Part shown: one piece after another, positions 29,828-39,025 of the stretch
Numbering within the stretch: the stretch's first letter is position 1
Layout of the letters: each line of letters starts with the position of its first letter
NCBI GenBank assembly: GCA_965203095.1
Contig: OZ241877.1
Location: forward strand, 1,184,001 to 1,248,000
Source of the DNA: Bdellovibrionales bacterium
Lineage (GTDB): Bacteria; Bdellovibrionota; Bdellovibrionia; Bdellovibrionales; UBA1609
Direction of reading: 5' to 3'
DNA: 64,000 bases
Notes under the pieces: model-generated
Told to the model about the DNA's origin: nothing
The model's input: only the letters and a program-made list of their open reading frames with translations
The model's database searches: none
Translations under genes and position numbers: made by a program

Positions 29828-31567
29828 TTACAAAGTATCTACCTCTTCAAACTCTTCTAACTCAGTATCTGGTTCTTCCTCATCATCTAATTTCCCCTCT
29901 AACTCCTCACCTAAGCCTTCATCTGAATTTTCATCCTCATTTGTGCTTTCAAAATCTTTCACTAAATCTTCATCTTCTTCCTTTCCTTTATCTTCTTCAC
30001 CTTCTTCTTCCATTAGCTCATCCTCCTCTTCTGGCTCATTTTCTATTGGTTCATCATCTTCCATTTTTTGAAACTCATCTAATAACTCTTTATCTAATTC
30101 CTCTTCCTCATCTGTAGGCTCTTCGGAATCTTTATCTTCTATCTCTTCAAAATCCTCCCCTAAGCTCTCTTCTTCTATAGATTTTTCCTCTTCTTTTTCT
30201 TCTTCTTTCTCAGGGACCTCTTCAAAATCAATTAAAAGATCTTGGCCTTGTTTTAAACTTTCATCCTCTTCAATTGTTTCATGCTCCAGGGACTGGCTAA
30301 GATCTTCCATTCGACCTGATTCCCCAGTAAAGCTGTCTCCCACATAAATTTTGTCTTTAGATGAAATGATAATACCTGTAGAGGTATTTCCCGCACTATG
30401 GATAATTTTTAACTTTCCAAGAAGAGGGCTATCATAATGATATGGCCTTCTAAAAAGTTGGGAGGGGTTGGCCTCTCCTCGGATGTAAAAAATATCTTCT
30501 TTCTGAAGGCCATCGTTTATCCCTCTATTAAGATAGACAATGGAGCCGAGGCTAAGCAAAACTTGCTGTTTATAAAATGAACCTACAATTGAGCCTTTAG
30601 CAGAACCTATTTGCCCTTTTTGAGAAAAGTTATAAACCTGAGGTGGGCCTTCAAAAAGCAAATCACCTGGAGAGATGCTTTCCATAGCAAAAACCACATG
30701 AGCTGAATATAAAGAATCTTCTCCTTGGATATAGGATAAAATTTTAATTTTCCCTTTGATTACTATTTCATCTTCATTTAAGCCGGTAAAAAATTTCAAA
30801 AGGCTGGCAACACGCCCTCTGTTTTCAAATACAGTGTATACAGATCCTATGGAGATTTGGCTGTCTATTTTGACAATAATTGGTTCTCCCCCTAAGCCTA
30901 TAAACTCTCCATAGCCATCTTTGCTAATCACTTCTCCCGCCACGGTAGGAGGGCTATCCGTTAAATAGGAGGGGATAATATGCTCCTTTGTGATTTCCAC
31001 AGTTTGAAGTTTGCTGATGTCTATACTACTGTGAAAGGGTTTAAATTCCTCCAGTTGAGGAAGAGATGAGGGAATTTCCTCTGCTGGGAGGGCACCTCGT
31101 GAAAAGGGATTTTCCGGGATATTAAGGCCAGGGAATTGAGATTGAATATCCACACTGTATTTTGAAACAGCCACTTGAGACAGTGCCTGAATATCAAATT
31201 TGATCTTGTTCCCTTGATAAATTAAATGAGGATTTTCCACATCAGGGTTGGCCACCCACATTTTTGACCAGTAAAGAGGATTTTTAAAAAAAGAACGGCT
31301 CAAATCCCAAAAGTTGTCACGCCATTTCAGCTTATATCTTGATGGCAAAGTCTGAATCCTCTGACTCCAATCGCTGTGAGAGATAGGCTCTTTATAATGT
31401 TTTAAATAAATTTTGTGCAAACGGTCTTCATAAGCCAGATCATCCTCTGAAACATTCTTTAAAATATCTTCTGAAGTATCTTCTGAAATATCTTCTGAAA
31501 CGGCTAAGCTCAATCTCACCAAAGCCAAACTAAAAAAAATAAGAATATAAAACTGCTTGTTCATCAA
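29828..31567 (-). CDS. Secreted LysM-domain protein (TsaP-like) with long acidic C-terminal tail
   Basis: Signal peptide; D.FWDLS..F.NP.YWSKMW..NP.VENPHLIY.G LysM-type motif; E/D-rich tail. Confidence 0.75.
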   Translation of the reverse strand: MMNKQFYILIFFSLALVRLSLAVSEDISEDTSEDILKNVSEDDLAYEDRLHKIYLKHYKEPISHSDWSQRIQTLPSRYKLKWRDNFWDLSRSFFKNPLYWSKMWVANPDVENPHLIYQGNKIKFDIQALSQVAVSKYSVDIQSQFPGLNIPENPFSRGALPAEEIPSSLPQLEEFKPFHSSIDISKLQTVEITKEHIIPSYLTDSPPTVAGEVISKDGYGEFIGLGGEPIIVKIDSQISIGSVYTVFENRGRVASLLKFFTGLNEDEIVIKGKIKILSYIQGEDSLYSAHVVFAMESISPGDLLFEGPPQVYNFSQKGQIGSAKGSIVGSFYKQQVLLSLGSIVYLNRGINDGLQKEDIFYIRGEANPSQLFRRPYHYDSPLLGKLKIIHSAGNTSTGIIISSKDKIYVGDSFTGESGRMEDLSQSLEHETIEEDESLKQGQDLLIDFEEVPEKEEEKEEEKSIEEESLGEDFEEIEDKDSEEPTDEEEELDKELLDEFQKMEDDEPIENEPEEEDELMEEEGEEDKGKEEDEDLVKDFESTNEDENSDEGLGEELEGKLDDEEEPDTELEEFEEVDTL

Positions 31568-31714
31568 GAAATCCGACTATAAAAGAACCTTTAATCTTAT
31601 TTTCTATGTTTTACGCTAATAGTCAAAATTCATAATCCTAAAAAAATTGTTTAAACAGACGAAAGTCCAAGTAAAAACGCTCCATTGGGAATCTTTTTTG
31701 CATGAGAAATAGGT

Positions 31715-32647
31715 ATGGCATTTTGGGCATTTTTTGGGATCCTGTTTGTTTGCCTCTCCGGTGGGCTGGCTTTTTGGGATCTGTCATCGATGGCTGAGGA
31801 GTTGCATTTTCTTTGCTTAAAAAAGCTGAGTTGGGAAAGCTCTATGACTGATATTTATAAATCCCTTGTTTGTGGAAAAAGACTGCCTGAGGGCCAACTC
31901 AAAGGGCTTTTTATTCAAGGAGGCTTGATTCATCTGACTGTGGTTTCCGGGGCCCACTTGCTTTTTTTAGAAAAATTTTGGAAAAAACTCCCCTTGCCTG
32001 TGTTTTTAAAAACTTATGGGGTTTTTGTTATTTTGATTTTATATGCTTTGATTAGCCGGATGTATCCACCGGTGACTCGTGCTTTGTTTTCTTTTTTTCT
32101 GTTCCGCTTATCTCAATCTTTAAAGCTGTTTTGGAGTGCCGGTGGGATCACTTTGCTGAGTGGTATTTTATGCCTTATTTATCAACCCCGTTGGGCTGAT
32201 TCCTTCTCTCTACAGCTCAGCTTGTTAGCCAGCCTCCTTTACAGCTTGCCCACAAATTCCATAAAAAAATGTTTTTTTATTTATGTGTTCATTCTTCCTG
32301 TAGTTAATCGCTGGCAGGCTTTGCACCCTTTAACAGTGTTGCTGAATTGGACTTTAGCCCCCTTGATTGCCAGTTTGCTTTTCCCTTTGTCCTTTTTAAG
32401 CCCTATGATCCCCATCCTATATCCTGTGACAGATTTTTTATGGGCCTTCCCTATTCAAGTTTTAAAAATAGCTAAACTTTTCCCTTCTGAATCGCCTTTA
32501 ATGCAATGGTTTATCCCTAAGGAGTGGATCTGGCCCTATATTGGCTTTGTTTGTTTTGTGATTTTTATTTTTGGCTTTTTCCAAAAAAAACGGCAATTTC
32601 ATAATGCTGAAAAGAATGGCTTAGCCAAGCCCGCTACTATCAAATAG
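31715..32647 (+). CDS. comEC: ComEC/Rec2 competence membrane domain protein
   Basis: GGLIHLTVVSGAHL, PPVTRA, SFSLQLS motifs; no MBL domain. Confidence 0.8.
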   Translation: MAFWAFFGILFVCLSGGLAFWDLSSMAEELHFLCLKKLSWESSMTDIYKSLVCGKRLPEGQLKGLFIQGGLIHLTVVSGAHLLFLEKFWKKLPLPVFLKTYGVFVILILYALISRMYPPVTRALFSFFLFRLSQSLKLFWSAGGITLLSGILCLIYQPRWADSFSLQLSLLASLLYSLPTNSIKKCFFIYVFILPVVNRWQALHPLTVLLNWTLAPLIASLLFPLSFLSPMIPILYPVTDFLWAFPIQVLKIAKLFPSESPLMQWFIPKEWIWPYIGFVCFVIFIFGFFQKKRQFHNAEKNGLAKPATIK

Positions 32648-32701
32648 CCAAAAAACAGTTCTTGAGTTTTTGTCCGTATTTCGTCACTTTAGGACGAACT
32701 T

Positions 32702-32733
32702 AGCCGAAAGCCCTATAGGCTTTGGCTTTTTTT
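32702..32733 (+). terminator. Probable intrinsic terminator after comEC
   Basis: AGCCGAAAGCC-CTATA-GGCTTTGGCT hairpin followed by a T run; bracketed by 22-bp direct repeats. Confidence 0.55.
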
Positions 32734-32784
32734 AATTTTTTTTGTCCGTATTTCGTCACTATTGAGTTCGCTCTTTCATCAGTT

Positions 32785-32891
32785 TTGAAAGGCTTAAAAC
32801 CCATAACCCTTTATGAATATATCAAAAACTGCTGGAAAAAAGAACCAGAAAGAGTAATATCAAATCATTATACTATAATACGAAACCTAAC
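32785..32891 (+). pseudogene. Remnant of an IS481-family transposase C-terminus
   Basis: Translates LKGLKPITLYEYIKNCWKKEPER, resembling the recalled IS481 C-terminal pattern LKGLTPYE.I...W..EPER; segment ends in ...ACA. Confidence 0.55.
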
Positions 32892-32918
32892 ACAGTATAA
32901 TTTATTTTGGAGATGGAC

Positions 32919-34214
32919 ATGATTGATCGCTACAGCCTTAAAGAAATGTCGGAAATATGGGAGCCAGAAAATCGCTTTCGTTTCATGTTGAAGGTGGAGC
33001 AAACTACAGCCTCAGTTCAAGGGGATATGGGCATTATTCCCAAGGCTTTTGCCCAAGTTATTTTAAAAAAAGCAAAATTTTCCTATAAAAACATATTAAA
33101 AAGAGAGCAAACCACCAAGCATGATGTGACTGCTTTTGTGGATGAAGTGTCTTCGCATTTGGGCCCGGCGGGGGCTTATTTTCATTATGGCCTCACTTCT
33201 TCTGATGTGTTGGATACAGCCCTCAGTTTGCAAATCAGAGAATCCGCTCAGCAGTTAAACTCTGTTATTCATCTTTTAAAAAAAGTTTTAAAAGGTTTGG
33301 CTAAAAAGCATAAAAAAGATATTTGCACTGGCAGGACCCATGGCATTCATGCCGAACCCACCACTTTTGGCTTTAAACTTTTAGGTCATTTATCAGAATT
33401 AAAAAGGGCAGAAGAAAGTTTTAAACAAGCAGTAGAAATATGCTCTGTGGGGAAGATGAGCGGTGCTGTGGGGGCTTACTCTTCTCTTCCTCCTCAAGTG
33501 GAAAGTCGAGTTTGCAAGCAACTCTATTTAAAACCGGAAACTTTAGCCACTCAGACAGTCCCCAGGGATCGCTTGGCTCGTTTGGTTTTTTCCCTATCCC
33601 TTATAGGTGCTTTTATCCAAAGGCTCTCAGTGGAGTTGAGGCATCTTCAAAGGACAGAGGTAGGGGAGGTGGAAGAGGGTTTTTACAAAGGGCAGGCTGG
33701 CTCCAGTGCCATGCCTCATAAAAAAAATCCCATTTCGGCAGAAAACTTAACAGGCATATCTCGCATTTTACGATCTTATGTCTCTCCGGCTTTAGAAAAC
33801 ATTATTTTATGGCATGAGAGGGACATTTCCCATTCCAGTGTGGAGCGGGTCATTTTGCCATCGAGCTTCATTTTGTCGCATTATGCCTTGGTCCGCCTGA
33901 CAAATTTGTTGAAAACTTTGCGAGTCAAAACAACAAAAATGAAAGAGAATTTAGAGTCTTCAAAAGGTTTAATATTCTCCTCACAAGTGCTTAATGCTTT
34001 AGTTCAAAAGTCCTGCCCTCGCAAAAAAGCTTACCCTTTAATTCAAAAAATAAGCCAGAATTTAAAAGAAGAGGGGGAGAGTTTTAAAAAAGCTCTTCAA
34101 AAACACCCTCAAATTAAAAAATACTTGAACCATGAGGAGATAGAGGAGATCTTTTCAGGTAAGGTGTTAACAGCCTTACTAAAGCATTTTGAGAAAACTA
34201 TCAGACATTTTTAA
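32919..34214 (+). CDS. purB: Adenylosuccinate lyase
   Basis: MIDRY, HDVTAF, HYGLTSSD, GRTHGIHAEP, GSSAMPHKKNP. Confidence 0.96.
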   Translation: MIDRYSLKEMSEIWEPENRFRFMLKVEQTTASVQGDMGIIPKAFAQVILKKAKFSYKNILKREQTTKHDVTAFVDEVSSHLGPAGAYFHYGLTSSDVLDTALSLQIRESAQQLNSVIHLLKKVLKGLAKKHKKDICTGRTHGIHAEPTTFGFKLLGHLSELKRAEESFKQAVEICSVGKMSGAVGAYSSLPPQVESRVCKQLYLKPETLATQTVPRDRLARLVFSLSLIGAFIQRLSVELRHLQRTEVGEVEEGFYKGQAGSSAMPHKKNPISAENLTGISRILRSYVSPALENIILWHERDISHSSVERVILPSSFILSHYALVRLTNLLKTLRVKTTKMKENLESSKGLIFSSQVLNALVQKSCPRKKAYPLIQKISQNLKEEGESFKKALQKHPQIKKYLNHEEIEEIFSGKVLTALLKHFEKTIRHF

Positions 34215-34233
34215 ATTGAGACAAGGAGAGATA

Positions 34234-34998
34234 TTGGCCACTATTCAAAAAAAGATTTTGCTTTATGAAGGCAAAGGTAAAAAAGTTTATCAAGCTGAGG
34301 ATCAGACAGACCAAGTGGTTTTATTTTTTAAGGATGATCTGACAGCTGAACAAGGGCGTCAAAAAGGATCTTTTTCTGGCAAAGGGGAGATTTGCAAAAA
34401 TGTATCCTCTTTGATTTTTCAGTATTTAAAAAAGCAGGAGTTGCCTGTTCATTGGATTAAGGATTTAAGTTCCAGGGAAATGCTTTGTTTTAAAACAGAG
34501 ATTTTGCCTTTAGAGGTTGTAGTGAGAAATCGCTTGGCTGGTAGCACAGCTAAAAGGCTGGGTTTTCCGGAGGGGAAAACCATCCTATCTCCACTTTTAG
34601 AATTTTATTATAAGAAAGATGAGCTGGATGATCCTTTTGTCAACGAAGAGCAAATCCGTTTGTTGAATCTCATCAAAGACAGTTCGATTTTGCCTGAGAT
34701 AAAAGATAAGGCGTTTTTAATTAATGAGAAATTGAAAACTTTTTTTTGGGAATCGGATTTAGAGCTGATTGATTTTAAAATGGAGTTTGGTTTATTTAAG
34801 GGAAAGCTGTTTTTATCGGACGAGATAAGCCCTGATAGCTGTCGGATTTGGGATCCAAAAACAGCCTACCGTTTGGACAAGGATCGATTCCGAAGGGATT
34901 GGGGCCGGGTAAAAGAGTCTTATAAAAACATTGAGAACCGACTTTATAAAAGATGGGGCAAAGCCCGGTTTTGTTTAAATGAGGACCTCAACAGTTAA
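34234..34998 (+). CDS. purC: SAICAR synthetase
   Basis: LYEGKGK, EVVVRN..AGS, DFKMEFG, DEISPDSCRIWD, DKDRFR; TTG start after AGGAG. Confidence 0.95.
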   Translation: MATIQKKILLYEGKGKKVYQAEDQTDQVVLFFKDDLTAEQGRQKGSFSGKGEICKNVSSLIFQYLKKQELPVHWIKDLSSREMLCFKTEILPLEVVVRNRLAGSTAKRLGFPEGKTILSPLLEFYYKKDELDDPFVNEEQIRLLNLIKDSSILPEIKDKAFLINEKLKTFFWESDLELIDFKMEFGLFKGKLFLSDEISPDSCRIWDPKTAYRLDKDRFRRDWGRVKESYKNIENRLYKRWGKARFCLNEDLNS

Positions 34999-35015
34999 TT
35001 TTTTATGAGGGCATA

Positions 35016-35282
35016 ATGACAAAAGTGGCTATTAAGATTCAATTAAAAAAAGAGGTTTTAGATGTTAAAGGTCGTGCCATTTTAAAAATTTTGCAAAAAG
35101 AAAATCCCTTAGTTAAAGAGTGTCGCTATGGGAAATATATTGAATTGAGCTTGGATGAACCGGATCAGGAGACAGCCTTAAAAAAAGCTCGTCATATTGT
35201 TAAAAATATTTTGCATAATGATCTTATAGAGACTTTTGAGTTGGAGGTTTTAGGCGATCCTCCTAAAAAAAAGAATGTTTAA
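35016..35282 (+). CDS. purS: FGAM synthase subunit PurS
   Basis: LKKEVLDVKGRAI, RYGKYIEL, LHNDLIETF. Confidence 0.9.
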   Translation: MTKVAIKIQLKKEVLDVKGRAILKILQKENPLVKECRYGKYIELSLDEPDQETALKKARHIVKNILHNDLIETFELEVLGDPPKKKNV

Positions 35283-35318
35283 CTACAGGAAGACAGCCTA
35301 AAAACACTGAGGGAAACT

Positions 35319-36818
35319 ATGGATGGATTCTTAAAAGATATTTCCCACTATGCACAGGAGATACCAGAGCAAGAGTTGACTGCTGGCTTTTCCCGTTTTT
35401 GTGAAAAGATGGCCACTGTTTTTGAGGTTAAGGACTTCCTTCTCAGTTTGCATGCTTATATACCAAAAAAATTTAAAATCAGTGAGATAGCTCTTTTTTA
35501 TGAATCTCCACAGTTGGGTTTAAGAAGAGCTTATGTCAACCGTTCTCGTTTTTATGAATCTGTGGCCAAAAAACCTTGGCCTAAAATTCATCAGAGTTGT
35601 CCTGGGTCTTTGGAGTTGAGTTTTTATTTAGCAGAAGAGTTGGGCCGGCCTTTTTCTAAAAGCCTTATGATCCCCTTATTTCATTCAAAAAGATCAGAGC
35701 CCGCCCTTCTTGTGGTGGAAACAGGCCAATGGAGAAAATCTTTTCAAGCCCTAATAGAGTTTTTTGAGCTGAGAAGACCTCTTATTCACATAGCTTTTAA
35801 CAGGGTTTTGATGAACGCTTATTTTGAAAGGGTCTCTTATTTATGGAGCCAGCTTTTTGAATGTTGGGGAGAGCCTTTAGCTGTTTTGCAAAACTTCAAG
35901 GCGGTCCGTTGGAATGATTCGTTTAAAGAGGATATAACTTTACCTTTTGTTTTCCCTCATCCTCAAAAAGAAAAAAGCTGGATAGAAAAAAAAAATAAGA
36001 TCTACCAAGCCCATTATTATCCTATCTCTAAAACGGAGACATCGATTCCCACAGGGATTTTATACTGTCAGGACATGACAAAGCATTTTCGTTTAAGGGA
36101 AGAGCTTTTTCAAAGTGAAAAAATGGCCAGCCTTTGCAAGTTAGGGAAAAACATGGCCCATCAGTTAAATAATCCTTTGACAGGTATTCAATCTATGGCT
36201 CAAATTTTATTAAAAAACTCTATAATGTCCAATTTTAAAGAGGAATGGGCTGAGGTGGAAAAAGCGACCCGGAGATCCCAAAAAATTATTGAGAGTCTTT
36301 TGTCTTTTTCTCAAACAGGAGGACAATCCACAGCTTGTGATTTGAATCAAGTTGTTGCAGATACTTTGCCTTTACTAAAAAACATGACACAAGGTTTGGA
36401 AATGAAGGTGGATTTTTGCCAGCAAGATATTAAAGTTCAAGGGGATTTTGCTTTGCTGAAACAAGTGGTTTATAACTTGGTTTTAAATAGTTGTCAGGCT
36501 TTAAAACAAGATAAGCAGAAAGCTCCCCCTCGTATTCAAATCAGTATTTATCAAAATTTAAAAGACCAAGCCTGTTTAAAAATTCAAGATAATGGACCAG
36601 GGATAGCCTCACAAAATTTAAAAAAGATTTTTCAGCCTTTTTGGACAAACAAAGACAAAGGCACAGGTTGGGGATTGGGTATTGTTCAGCGATTTGTTCA
36701 AAAGTTCCATGGGGAGATTTTAGTTTCCAGCAAGGAGAAAGAGTTGACCTGTTTTACAGTTCTTCTCCCTCTCATTAAGCCCCTGAGGACCAACCCCAGT
36801 GCCCCTTCAACTTATTGA
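35319..36818 (+). CDS. Sensor histidine kinase (soluble; no response regulator in the window)
   Basis: QSEKMASL..AHQLNNPL H-box, NLVLNS, DNGPGI, F.PFWT.K..GTGWGL. Confidence 0.9.
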   Translation: MDGFLKDISHYAQEIPEQELTAGFSRFCEKMATVFEVKDFLLSLHAYIPKKFKISEIALFYESPQLGLRRAYVNRSRFYESVAKKPWPKIHQSCPGSLELSFYLAEELGRPFSKSLMIPLFHSKRSEPALLVVETGQWRKSFQALIEFFELRRPLIHIAFNRVLMNAYFERVSYLWSQLFECWGEPLAVLQNFKAVRWNDSFKEDITLPFVFPHPQKEKSWIEKKNKIYQAHYYPISKTETSIPTGILYCQDMTKHFRLREELFQSEKMASLCKLGKNMAHQLNNPLTGIQSMAQILLKNSIMSNFKEEWAEVEKATRRSQKIIESLLSFSQTGGQSTACDLNQVVADTLPLLKNMTQGLEMKVDFCQQDIKVQGDFALLKQVVYNLVLNSCQALKQDKQKAPPRIQISIYQNLKDQACLKIQDNGPGIASQNLKKIFQPFWTNKDKGTGWGLGIVQRFVQKFHGEILVSSKEKELTCFTVLLPLIKPLRTNPSAPSTY

Positions 36819-36841
36819 AATCCCTCTTCTTTTTCAAAATA

Positions 36842-37786
36842 TTAGGTTTCTGTTTTTTCTCCCAGCAGATCTTCCATCATGTCATTGAAGTCGTCGGTAG
36901 GGCATTCTTGTGTTTTTTCTTTATTTGCTGGCAGAAGGGCCAACAGTTCAGGCAGAGGGTTAAAGCAAGTAGCCAAATCCCCAGGCATCAAACCGTCTTT
37001 GTTTTTAGAGTGAATGTCAGCTCCTTTGTCCACTAAAACTTTCACTATTTCTATATCATTGAACCATGCGGCTAAGTGTAAGGGGGTATCGCCGTCTTTA
37101 TCTGTAGCCGAAATGTTGGCTCCAGCAGATAAAAGAATTTTCACAAAATCGGAGTTAGAGTTAAAAAATGTGGCTAAATGTAGAGGGGTCATGCCATTAT
37201 CATCTTTGATCTCAATATTGGCTCCGGCAGATAAAAGAATTTTCATAAAATCAGGATCAGGGTTCATCCTGGTGGCTAAATGCAAAGGGGTTCGTCCGTC
37301 ATCATTTTTGACATTAACTTTTGCTTTAAAAGATAGCAGGGTCCCTCCAATTTTTAAAGAAAATTTGATGACAGCCAAATGTAATGCGGTATCGCCATCT
37401 TCATCTTTAACCGAAATGTCGGCTCCTGAGTCCAACAGGGTGAGAATTACATCAAAAATTTCATTACGTAAAATAGCTATGTGCAGGGGAGTATTGCCAT
37501 TTTCATCTTTGGCCTCAATATCAGCCCCTTCTGCTATAAGTGCTGAAATCACTTTGGGGTCGGGGTTTGCTGTGGCGGCTAAATGCAAAGGGGTTTGTCC
37601 GTCATTATTTTTGGCCTTCACATCAGCTCCTTCATTTAATAAATATTTTATGAGTTGCAGTTCGCCAAAATCAGCCATTAAATGTAAAGGGGTATTGCCA
37701 TTTTCATCTCTAAAGTTGATATCTGTATTGGATCCTGCTGAGAGATGACAAAAAAATAAGAATATAAAACCGGATAAAAACTGCAT
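36842..37786 (-). CDS. Secreted ankyrin-repeat protein
   Basis: About seven G.TPLHLA repeats; likely start MQFLSG with signal peptide. Confidence 0.92.
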   Translation of the reverse strand: MQFLSGFIFLFFCHLSAGSNTDINFRDENGNTPLHLMADFGELQLIKYLLNEGADVKAKNNDGQTPLHLAATANPDPKVISALIAEGADIEAKDENGNTPLHIAILRNEIFDVILTLLDSGADISVKDEDGDTALHLAVIKFSLKIGGTLLSFKAKVNVKNDDGRTPLHLATRMNPDPDFMKILLSAGANIEIKDDNGMTPLHLATFFNSNSDFVKILLSAGANISATDKDGDTPLHLAAWFNDIEIVKVLVDKGADIHSKNKDGLMPGDLATCFNPLPELLALLPANKEKTQECPTDDFNDMMEDLLGEKTET

Positions 37787-37872
37787 AATAACTCTATAAT
37801 ACAAAAAAGCGGATATTGCAAATTTAAATTGGAAAAGTGAAAAAATTTCCGATTTAAAGCAAGACTCCCTTA

Positions 37873-38538
37873 TCAACAGGCCAGGGGATGATGAAGAGGG
37901 ATATTCGTCATTTCTGAAATTTTTTGGCTATAATAGCTTGTTTTTTTAGGAAAAGACAGGTTTTTAACAATGCTGAGAGATCGCAAAAAAGCAAACAGAT
38001 GAAAATCATCTAAGCTCAGGTCCCCATTAAAAAAATCCTGGGAGCTATCAAAAAAAGACTCCAAAATCTGTAGTTCTTTACTCATTTCCTGAATAAGTTC
38101 AGGACTTTTGCTGAGGCAGTCTTTAAAAGGCCCGATATAAGCCTCTTTCTTTTTTTGAAAGTAATTTCTTGCCTGAAGGCTTTTAAATTCTTCTAAAGGG
38201 GCTTGGACCCATCGTGGCATGGCTAGCTCATAGCAAAGTGTGCTGTTTTTGTTCATCCATTTTGAAAGCTTGTTGTTTGTTTTTTCAGAAAGCAAAGGAT
38301 GGCCATCTTCTTGATCTATATGGGATATTATATCTAAACTCTCTGGCATAAATTGGCCATCTTCCAGCTGTAATATAGGAACCATTTTGACCCCTATCAT
38401 GGATTGAGGGGTTTTTTCATCATCGTTAGGGAGGCATACCAACTCCAACCCCACTTTTTTAAAGCCAAAAATCATACGGGCCTTCACACAGTAAGGGCAA
38501 TGATCATAAATATAAAGCTTTTTTGTGGTTTGAGCCAT
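37873..38538 (-). CDS. grxB: Glutaredoxin 2
   Basis: KLYIYDHCPYCVKARMIFG.K, NDDE.TP..MIG.KMVPIL, MPESLDII. Confidence 0.93.
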   Translation of the reverse strand: MAQTTKKLYIYDHCPYCVKARMIFGFKKVGLELVCLPNDDEKTPQSMIGVKMVPILQLEDGQFMPESLDIISHIDQEDGHPLLSEKTNNKLSKWMNKNSTLCYELAMPRWVQAPLEEFKSLQARNYFQKKKEAYIGPFKDCLSKSPELIQEMSKELQILESFFDSSQDFFNGDLSLDDFHLFAFLRSLSIVKNLSFPKKTSYYSQKISEMTNIPLHHPLAC

Positions 38539-38622
38539 TTTCGGCCTCCTATCCTTTTGTGTTCAAAAGTTTATTCTTAAGTGAGTATATAAACAATGGT
38601 TTTGGAGTTTTCAAGCTATTTT

Positions 38623-38735
38623 AGTCCCTCGTGAAAAAGCTCGTCGCTTCCGCCAATCTTGCTAAAAAGCTCCCCAAGCTTTTTAACTCTCGTGAAAACG
38701 GGAATCCAGAAAAGCCTGTTCTCGTAAAAACAGGG
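38623..38735 (+). repeat. Cluster of decayed REP-like units
   Basis: CTCGTGAAAA at 38628 and 38688, CTCGTAAAAA at 38721; CTCGTGAAAACGGGAATCCAGA resembles the TTCCCGCGAAAGCGGGAATCCAG palindrome type. Confidence 0.5.
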
Positions 38736-38871
38736 GTTTTCCTACAAAAGCTTGTTATACTGATTACATTTGAGATTTCCGGTCAAAACAGAGTAGAAAA
38801 GGCAGGAATTTTCAAACAAAATCAGTATAAAAAGGCAAATATTTTTTAGTTTCTTTGCCCAAAGGCCACAG

Positions 38872-38941
38872 CATTTCGGGACGGCAATACCTTGGACCCT
38901 CACCACTAAATTTTGCTTGTGCGATAAAGAACAGAGATTTT
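38872..38941 (+). repeat. Dispersed intergenic repeat, copy B (related to 9071-9140)
   Basis: 17-bp exact core TGCGATAAAGAACAGAG plus colinear upstream similarity. Confidence 0.75.
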
Positions 38942-39025
38942 TTATAGGCAATTTTTTAGTTTTTTTGCCTGATCTGGCCATTTTTTTCTAAAGTTTTTTA
39001 AACAAAAACCCGATAAGTCTTTACT

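Noticed and set aside
29785..30117. Ser-rich and Leu/His-rich plus-strand ORFs
   Set aside because: Antisense shadows of the Glu/Asp-rich tail.
37014..37748. 244-aa plus-strand ORF
   Set aside because: Antisense shadow of the ankyrin repeats.
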